Positions 44,166 through 51,208 of a stretch of 64,000 nucleotides of DNA are shown piece by piece. Both the position numbers and the translations under genes were made by a program. Source of the stretch: Acidobacteriota bacterium (GTDB lineage Bacteria > Acidobacteriota > Vicinamibacteria > Vicinamibacterales > 2-12-FULL-66-21); the NCBI GenBank assembly GCA_003222675.1, contig QHWT01000046.1, forward strand, positions 51,987 to 115,986, read 5' to 3'. Positions within the stretch are counted from its first letter, which is position 1; every line of letters starts with the position of its first letter. Under the pieces are notes generated by a model. It was given only the letters and a program-made list of their open reading frames with translations, was not told the origin of the DNA and did not search any database.

Positions 44166-46844
44166 GTGCTCGCCGCGCTCGTCGCGGCGGCCGCCGCGTG
44201 GCTGTCGTCCGGCACGATTGCGCTGGATGCGACGGCCGCTGTGCGCATCGGCCTCCTCCCGCGAGATCCGATGCATCTGGCTGTCGCGGCGCTCATCGGT
44301 TTCGTCGTGCTCGCGATCGGTCTTCGCGGTGAGCGCGGACGCGGCGTCACCATTGCCGTATCGCCCCTGGTGCTGCTGTTCCTGCCGTGGCTGCCGTTGC
44401 GCGTGCCGGCTGCACTCCTCATCTGGTCTGGCGGGTTAGAATCGCTCGTCTGGATTGCGGCGGTGATCGCGCTCGCGGCCGTCGCGGTCGGGGATTTGCC
44501 CTACGTCGCGATCTCCGTGCCGCCGCGAACACAAGCCTGCATTGCCGCCGCGTTGTCTTTCACCGTATTCTCGCTGGCAGCCTGGTGCGCCTCGCCGGTG
44601 ATTCCCGCTGGGGACGAGCCGCATTACCTCATCATCACGCAAAGCCTCCTACGCGACGGCGACATCCAGATCGAGAACAATCATCGCCGCGGCGATTACC
44701 GCGAATACTCCGCCGTCGATCTGAGGCCGGACTTCATTCGACCCGGACGTAATGGCGCGATCTATTCCATTCACGCGCCGGGGCTGCCCGCGCTCATTCT
44801 TCCGGCGTTTGCGATCGCCGGGTATCGCGGCGTTGTCGTCTTCCTGATTATGGTCGCGTCGGCAGTGTCGGGCCTCGCGTGGTGGCTCGCGTGGAGGGTG
44901 ACGCACAGTAGGTCTGGGGCCTGGTTCGGGTGGGCCGCGGTCGCGCTCTCCGGTCCGTACCTCCTCGAGACGTTCACCGTGTATCCGGACGGCGCCGGCG
45001 CAGCCGTCGTGTTGACCGGTTTCTGGGCGCTGCTGCGGGCAGACTGGGACCGCGCGACGCAAGGCGTGGCGTGGCGGCCCTGGCTGCTGCACGGCGCTGC
45101 GCTGGCGACGCTCCCGTGGATCCACACGAGGTTCTCGGTGCTGGCGGCAACGCTTGGCGGCCTCGCGCTCATTCGGCTCACACGGACGCCGAACGCCGTC
45201 GCGAAAGCGATCGCTTTGCTGGCCGCCCCCGGGCTGAGCGCGATCGCGTGGTTGTGGTTCTTCCTCTATGTGTACGGCACGCCCGATCCTTCGGCGCCTT
45301 ACGCCGGACAGATGCAGAACTCGTTTGCCTTCTTTCCGGACGGCTTTGGCGGCCTGCTGTTCGATCAGGGCTTCGGCCTGGTTGCGAGCGCGCCCGTCCT
45401 GATCCTTGCGTTCGGCGGTTTTTTCCGAGAGCGGCGCTTCGCTGCCGCGTGGTTCATCGTCGCGACGCCATACCTGCTCACGGTGACGACGTTCGCAATG
45501 TGGTGGGCGGGCTGGAGCGCACCGGCGCGGTTCTTCGTGCCGGTGCTGCTGCCGCTGGCCGTTCCCACCGCGTCCGCGTGGCTGATGATTCGCTCGCGCG
45601 GGCTGCGCGCTTACGCGCTCGCGCTGCTCGTCATCAGCGCGTGGATGGCGCTGGTGCTCGCCGCCGGAGGGGGCGGACACCTGGGCTACCACGCCCGCAA
45701 TGAGGCGGGGATGACGCCAGCTCCCTGGCTCAAATGGGCAGCGCACGTCGTCGATCTCACGGCGGCGGTTCCGGCCTTCGTGCCGCTCCCTGTTGGAAGC
45801 GGGCTCGCCGCGCGCCAGGCGGCGGCGCGCTCCGGACTCATCATCGTCCTGCCATGGATCGTTTGCGGCGGTGCAGCGGCATTCGCGCTGCACGCCTTCG
45901 CCCGGCGGCGGCTGCGACATCACGTCGGCCTCGTTGCGACGACGACGATCATCTTCGCTGTGGCGGCGACCGTGGCCGTGTCGGCGGGATGGCGACTGCA
46001 GCGTGACGATTCCGTCGCGACCGAGCGAGGGCAAATCGAAGCACTCGCCGCCGCGGCCAGGACCGAGATCCTCGCCGTCGATCTCACCGGACGCCGGCGT
46101 CTCACGATCGACGAGCTCGTCTCGCGCATGCGGATCGAGGTTCACGTTGTCCCGACGAGCCGTCCGGGATCTCGCGTCAATCGCCCGCTCGTGACACTGT
46201 CGGGGATCCCTGCGGGTGATTATCGCCTCACGGTTCATCAGCATGGCGCCGACGGCTGGATCATGGCGTGTGTGGGCGCCGATCGCGATCCATTCGCGCT
46301 GCTGACCGAGCCCATCGCGAACATGACGGAAGCAAGCGTGCTGCGCTTTCCAGTAGACGTGCGGTCGCTCCTGGTGCGGGGCGACGAGGATGCAGCCCGT
46401 CACGTCGATGCCGTCGTGCTGCAACCGCTGCGCATCCTGCAGAGTGACAGCAAGCCGGCGGCCGGATTCGCGCGACGCGCGGTCCGCTACACGGGCATGA
46501 CGGCGTTCTTCATGGACGACCGCGCGTTCCCCGAACCGAATGCGTTCTGGATTGGCGGCGCCAGGGAATCGGACGTCGTGCTGCTCCCCGACCATCCGCG
46601 CTCGTCGCAGCCGCTGCTGCTGCGCAACGCGCCCGTCGACAACGTGGTCACGCTCTCGTCGGGATCATGGCGGGAGGAATTGAGGATGACGGCCGAGGAA
46701 GAACGCCGCGTTGAGGTTCCCATCGACCCTGCTCATGAGGGAGTGCTGCTCCGCATGCGCTCCGCGGGGGGCTTCCGTCCGTCGGCTGCGGATCCAGGCA
46801 GCCGCGATACGCGGTTTCTCGGTGTTTATGTGAGAGTGCCCTGA
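44166..46844 (+). CDS. large polytopic membrane protein, putative GT-C-like glycosyltransferase with C-terminal soluble domain
   Basis: 892 aa. First extracytoplasmic loop carries GDEPHYLIITQSLLRDGD, comparable to the DE/DxD loop-1 motif of GT-C enzymes. More than 12 hydrophobic segments. GTG start. Confidence 0.5.
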   Translation: MLAALVAAAAAWLSSGTIALDATAAVRIGLLPRDPMHLAVAALIGFVVLAIGLRGERGRGVTIAVSPLVLLFLPWLPLRVPAALLIWSGGLESLVWIAAVIALAAVAVGDLPYVAISVPPRTQACIAAALSFTVFSLAAWCASPVIPAGDEPHYLIITQSLLRDGDIQIENNHRRGDYREYSAVDLRPDFIRPGRNGAIYSIHAPGLPALILPAFAIAGYRGVVVFLIMVASAVSGLAWWLAWRVTHSRSGAWFGWAAVALSGPYLLETFTVYPDGAGAAVVLTGFWALLRADWDRATQGVAWRPWLLHGAALATLPWIHTRFSVLAATLGGLALIRLTRTPNAVAKAIALLAAPGLSAIAWLWFFLYVYGTPDPSAPYAGQMQNSFAFFPDGFGGLLFDQGFGLVASAPVLILAFGGFFRERRFAAAWFIVATPYLLTVTTFAMWWAGWSAPARFFVPVLLPLAVPTASAWLMIRSRGLRAYALALLVISAWMALVLAAGGGGHLGYHARNEAGMTPAPWLKWAAHVVDLTAAVPAFVPLPVGSGLAARQAAARSGLIIVLPWIVCGGAAAFALHAFARRRLRHHVGLVATTTIIFAVAATVAVSAGWRLQRDDSVATERGQIEALAAAARTEILAVDLTGRRRLTIDELVSRMRIEVHVVPTSRPGSRVNRPLVTLSGIPAGDYRLTVHQHGADGWIMACVGADRDPFALLTEPIANMTEASVLRFPVDVRSLLVRGDEDAARHVDAVVLQPLRILQSDSKPAAGFARRAVRYTGMTAFFMDDRAFPEPNAFWIGGARESDVVLLPDHPRSSQPLLLRNAPVDNVVTLSSGSWREELRMTAEEERRVEVPIDPAHEGVLLRMRSAGGFRPSAADPGSRDTRFLGVYVRVP

Positions 46845-46849
46845 GATGC

Positions 46850-46945
46850 GAGGTCCGAGGTCCGAGGTCCGAGGTCCGCGAAGCGGCGAACGCGGGCCAA
46901 CCGACAACCGCTAACCGACAACCGTTAACCGTTAACCGTTAACCG
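46850..46945. repeat. two adjacent heptad arrays: (GAGGTCC)4 and (AACCGNN)7
   Basis: GAGGTCC x4 at 46850-46877. Then AACCGAC AACCGCT AACCGAC AACCGTT AACCGTT AACCGTT AACCGTC at about 46899-46947. Confidence 0.9.
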
Positions 46946-47200
46946 TCAGTACCGGTAGACCCGCACCCGCGATCCCGTGTCTCCGGATGAAAACGTGGCG
47001 ATTGCATCCGCTCCAGCGGCGATCGAGGTTGGCCGCGGAAACGACGTGACGCGGACGGCATCCCGCGTTGCGACACGGAACGCGGCGGGGTTGAATCGAG
47101 CCAGCCAGTCAACCATCCCGCGGACCGGCTGCCCGACGCTATTCAGCGCGTCCAGCGCAGAGGCGCAGCAAAACGGCACACGAATTACACTTCCGCTAGA

Positions 47201-49225
47201 ATGCGCCGAATGAAGAAGTCGATTCTCATCCTGATGCTCGCGGCTGTGATGCCGTATTCGTATGCCGCTCAAGACACTGCGATCCTGCAGCGCACTGAGG
47301 CGCCGGAGCACGGCGTCTGGGTCGACGCGCTCGATTTGAGCAAGGCGCCGATCCGCCGGCCGCGCGGACAGCGCGGCTCAACGACTCCGCCGCCGCCGCT
47401 CACCTTCGTGCTCGGCGGTGTCACGTACCCGCACGCGCTGCCGCTCGCATCCGATGGCGACATCGCGATCGATCTCGGCGGTGCCGCCACGCGGTTCGCG
47501 TCGATGGTCGGCATCGACGACAGCATGAAGACCGGCGGCAGCGTCGTCTTCGGCATCTGGGTCGACGGAAAGAAGGTGGTGGAGACCGGCGTCATGCACG
47601 GCGGTGATGCGCCGAAGATGATCTCCGCCGATCTCACCGGCGCGAAGCGGTTGGTGCTCGCGACAATCGACGCGAACGATGGACCGGCGGGCGATACCGC
47701 GGAGTGGGGCGGCGCGCTCATCACGATGGCGACGGGTCGTCAGGAACAGCCGCGCATCGTCGCGGCAGTCGACGAACCCGCGCCGTCGATCGCCTCGAGC
47801 CGATCCGCCGTGCCGATGATCAATTATCCGCGTGTCACCGGCGCCACGCCCGGCCGTCCATTCCTGTTCAGAATTCCCGCGTCAGGTGACGGGCCGCTGA
47901 CGTTCTCCGCGAGGAACCTGCCTGCGGGCCTTACCCTTGACGCGAACACGGGCATCATCGCGGGCGCACTGAAGCAGCCGGGTCGGACGGAGGTCGCCGT
48001 AACAGTGAAGGGACCCAAAGGAGAGAGCAGCAGCACCGTCATCACCATCGTTGGCGGACCCGACGCCCTCGCGCTGACGCCTCCGCTCGGCTGGAATTCC
48101 TGGAACGTGTGGGCCGCGCAGGTGGACGATGCGAAGGTGCGCGCGGCTGCGGACGCGATGGTGAACACCGGGCTCGCCGCGCAGGGCTATACCTACATCA
48201 ACATCGATGATGCATGGGAAGGAAAGCGCAACGCGGCCGGAGAGATCACGTCGAACGAAAAATTCCCGGACATGAAGGCACTCACCGACTACGTCCACGG
48301 CAAGGGCCTCAAGATCGGGCTCTACTCGTCGCCGGGGCCGCGCACGTGCCAGCGGGTTTTCGAGGGCAGCTACCAGCACGAAGAACAGGATGCGCGCACG
48401 TGGGCGAAATGGGGATTCGATTACATCAAGTACGACTGGTGCTCGTATTCCGAGATCGAGACCGCGCGTGAGCAGACGCCGCTGCCCGGGTTGAAAATGC
48501 CGTATCAGGTGATGCGCGCCGCGCTCGACAAGCTCGATCGCGACTTTGTGTACTCGCTGTGTCAGTACGGCTGGGGAAACGTGTGGGAGTGGGGCGACGA
48601 GGTCGGCGGCAACCTGTGGCGCGTCACGGGCGACATCACGGATACGTGGCCGTCGATGTCGGGCATTGGATTTCAACAGACCGGGCACGAGAACTACGCG
48701 GGGCCGGGACACTGGAACGACACCGACATGCTCGTCGTGGGGCAGGTGGGCTGGGGACGCGCACCAACTCCGCGTCCGACGAATCTCACGCCGAACGAAC
48801 AGCTCACGCACATTTCACTATGGGCGCTGCAGGCAGCGCCGCTGCTCATCGGCGCCGATCTCTCGCGCGCCGACGACTTCACGATCGACCTGCTCGGCAA
48901 CCACGAAGTCCTCGCGGTCAATCAGGATCCCTTGGGGAAGGCGGCCGCGCGGATTGCGACCAACGCGTGGACGCAAGTCTGGGCGCGTCCGCTTTCAGAT
49001 GGGACGATGGCAGTGGGGTTGTTCAACCGTGCGCCGGAGGCGATGCAGATGAACGTCAAATTCGCCGACATCGGCCTCGCGGACAATCAGCCGGTGCGAT
49101 TCCTCTGGACGCAGAAAGATCTAGCGGCCGACACCAACAACGTGTACGAGACGACCGTGCCGCGGCACGGCGTGGTGTTCGTAAGGATCGGCCGCCCTCA
49201 GAATCGGACGACCCCCCCGAAGTAG
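47201..49225 (+). CDS. alpha-galactosidase (GH27) with N-terminal NPCBM-like and Ig-like domains
   Basis: NPCBM-like region (LGGVTYPHALPLASDGDIAIDLGG...VFGIWVDGKKV...TAEWGGA). He_PIG-like LTFSARNLPAGLTLDANTGIIAG. GH27 motifs LGWNSWN, YINIDDAW, IKYDWCS, WRVTGDITDTW, WNDTDMLVVG. Confidence 0.85.
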   Translation: MRRMKKSILILMLAAVMPYSYAAQDTAILQRTEAPEHGVWVDALDLSKAPIRRPRGQRGSTTPPPPLTFVLGGVTYPHALPLASDGDIAIDLGGAATRFASMVGIDDSMKTGGSVVFGIWVDGKKVVETGVMHGGDAPKMISADLTGAKRLVLATIDANDGPAGDTAEWGGALITMATGRQEQPRIVAAVDEPAPSIASSRSAVPMINYPRVTGATPGRPFLFRIPASGDGPLTFSARNLPAGLTLDANTGIIAGALKQPGRTEVAVTVKGPKGESSSTVITIVGGPDALALTPPLGWNSWNVWAAQVDDAKVRAAADAMVNTGLAAQGYTYINIDDAWEGKRNAAGEITSNEKFPDMKALTDYVHGKGLKIGLYSSPGPRTCQRVFEGSYQHEEQDARTWAKWGFDYIKYDWCSYSEIETAREQTPLPGLKMPYQVMRAALDKLDRDFVYSLCQYGWGNVWEWGDEVGGNLWRVTGDITDTWPSMSGIGFQQTGHENYAGPGHWNDTDMLVVGQVGWGRAPTPRPTNLTPNEQLTHISLWALQAAPLLIGADLSRADDFTIDLLGNHEVLAVNQDPLGKAAARIATNAWTQVWARPLSDGTMAVGLFNRAPEAMQMNVKFADIGLADNQPVRFLWTQKDLAADTNNVYETTVPRHGVVFVRIGRPQNRTTPPK

Positions 49226-50028
49226 GGGCCTTTGAGCGTCATCGTGCCCTGATCGAGTTTCACCTTGTAGAAGACGTCGAGCGAGCGGTAGCCCACCTGC
49301 GCGCCGAGGTGATCGTTGAAGTTGACGGTGCCGTACAAATCGAAGTCGTAGTACTTGCCGCCGTACTTTTTGGGATCGGCGGTCGCGTCAGGCAGCTTGA
49401 AGAAGCTGAACTCGCCGGTGATGGAGATGTTGGGCACCACGTAGCCGCGGCCGATGACACCAATCGCGGGGATCGGCGCTTTCGCTTCGGTGAACTCGCT
49501 GCCGATGAGCGGCGCGGACAGCGTGGCATTGATGTTCGTGTACTTTGCTTCGAGCAGCATGCCGACGAAGCCGCGGTCGACGTAGACGAAATCCCATTCG
49601 TACCCGAAGCGATACGCCTTCCACTGCAGGTCCGTCGTGACGGGCACGCCAAGCGTAAACCGCTGACCATTGAACACGAAGGTGCGCGTCACGGTGCTCT
49701 GCGCCGTGTACTCGATCGGCGTGTACTCGAAGCGGAATTTGTGTTTCGTGGCCGCACGCAGCACGATTTTCAGCTGCTTGAAGTTCGTCTTCTCGATTCC
49801 GAGATCGTTGACGAAGTCGATCGTGTCGCCTGCGATTCCGAGCGATTCGCTCGAGATGGAAATCGCGGGCGACGGATTCCAGATCGATCCCCCGAGTTCC
49901 ACGTGATAAGTCTCGCCCGTCGCGCGATCGGACCCGACCGGGCGCGCGCCGTACTGCGCGGCGGCGGGTGATGCGGCGCAAAGGCCGGCAAGCAAGCAGA
50001 CAAGAGTCGCAATCGGACGGATGCGCAT
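49198..50028 (-). CDS. outer-membrane beta-barrel protein (porin-like)
   Basis: ORF trimmed to MRIRPIATLVCLLAGLCAASPAAAQ. Alternating amphipathic strands. Terminal ...YFGGVVRF. The 3' end overlaps the alpha-galactosidase 3' end by 28 nt. Confidence 0.7.
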   Translation of the reverse strand: MRIRPIATLVCLLAGLCAASPAAAQYGARPVGSDRATGETYHVELGGSIWNPSPAISISSESLGIAGDTIDFVNDLGIEKTNFKQLKIVLRAATKHKFRFEYTPIEYTAQSTVTRTFVFNGQRFTLGVPVTTDLQWKAYRFGYEWDFVYVDRGFVGMLLEAKYTNINATLSAPLIGSEFTEAKAPIPAIGVIGRGYVVPNISITGEFSFFKLPDATADPKKYGGKYYDFDLYGTVNFNDHLGAQVGYRSLDVFYKVKLDQGTMTLKGPYFGGVVRF

Positions 50029-50116
50029 GAGTCGTTCTCGCCCCGGGTAGTGTTCTGGAACGGTTTCGCAGGAGCCTGCTGGGAGAGGCTTGTCGAGGAT
50101 AGCACAAGACGGGACG

Positions 50117-50232
50117 ACGGAGGACGGTTGTCGGAGGACGGACCGAGGTCCGAGGTCCGAGATCCGACGTCCGAGATCCGACGTCCGAGACCGACGCGCG
50201 CACTTGAAGCCTGAAGCCTGAAGCCTGAAGCC
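50117..50232. repeat. three word families in tandem in a divergent promoter region
   Basis: ACGGAGGACGGTTGTCGGAGGACGG at 50117-50141. (GAGGTCC/GAGATCC/GACGTCC)7 at 50145-50193. (TGAAGCC)4 at 50205-50232. Confidence 0.9.
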
Positions 50233-50285
50233 CGACGGATCCATGCGGTATACTGCGCGGGCAGCATGAGTGCGGAGGAACGGTC

Positions 50286-50975
50286 ATGGGAAAGGCCCGC
50301 TCTCGTCACGCGCGTCTGTCGCTCGACGGCCCACACGTTGAACGCGCGTACCGCAATCTGAAGGCGGGGATCGTCGAAGGGCGCTACCGTCCGGGGGCGC
50401 CGTTGTCTGAAGTGTCGCTCGCGAGCGAGCACGGCATGAGCCGCACGCCCATCCGCGAAGGGCTCGCGCGCCTTTGGCAGGAGGGCTTTCTCGAGCGCGT
50501 GCTCGGCCATGGCTATTTCGTTTCACGAGTAACAGTTCAGCAAATCCACGACACGTTCGACGTGCGGCGCCTGCTCGAAGGGGCCGCTGCGGCCCGGGCG
50601 GCTGAACTGGTGACCGACGGTGAGGTCGGGCGGCTCCGTCACCTCGCCGCCGTGCCGATCGCCTCCGATCAGGATTACCGCCTCGCCGAGTCTGCGAACG
50701 TCCAGTTTCACGTCGCCATCGCAAAGTGCGCGCGTAACGGTCTCGCGCTCGAGTTGATCGAGCGATGCCTGGCGCAGATCGATCGCTTCATGTTGCTCGG
50801 TGTCAGCTTCGGTCCCTTCCAGGAAGCGGCGGCGAATGCGCACCTGGAAATTGTCGAAGCGATTGCGCGTCACGACCCAGACTCGGCGCGCGCGCGCATG
50901 GAAGAGCATCTCGATTGCGGCAGCAGGCTGATGAAAGAGGCGCTCATGCGCGGCCATCTCGCCGTGTCGATGTAG
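50286..50975 (+). CDS. GntR family transcriptional regulator (FadR/FCD subfamily)
   Basis: wHTH PLSEVSLASEHGMSRTPIREGLARLWQEGFL. C-terminal all-helical FCD-like domain with conserved His residues. Confidence 0.85.
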   Translation: MGKARSRHARLSLDGPHVERAYRNLKAGIVEGRYRPGAPLSEVSLASEHGMSRTPIREGLARLWQEGFLERVLGHGYFVSRVTVQQIHDTFDVRRLLEGAAAARAAELVTDGEVGRLRHLAAVPIASDQDYRLAESANVQFHVAIAKCARNGLALELIERCLAQIDRFMLLGVSFGPFQEAAANAHLEIVEAIARHDPDSARARMEEHLDCGSRLMKEALMRGHLAVSM

Positions 50976-51208
50976 CGCTCGTCCCGGCAGGCTCCTGCGA
51001 CCCGGCCTCCCCGCGGTACCACCACTCAGCACCCGACACCTCACATCTCATCCCGGCACCACGCTTGCTGTATACACCCTGTATATCGGGCTGGCCGTGT
51101 CGAAGCGCTGGTACATCATCAACATACGCTCGACCATGACGGCTGGAATCCATGAAATGGAATGACGGGTTCCAAAAGATCGAATCGTTCGTCGGGAGGA
51201 GTTTTCAT

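Noticed and set aside
46946-47311. 121-aa minus-strand ORF, or a 56-aa version from ATG 47116, between the heptad arrays and the alpha-galactosidase gene.
   Set aside because: The upstream half overlaps the galactosidase start region. There is no convincing RBS before ATG 47116 and I recognise no family. The C-terminal ...AVRVTSFPRPTSIAAGADAIATFSSGDTGSRVRVYRY could be a gene remnant, but I cannot support a call.
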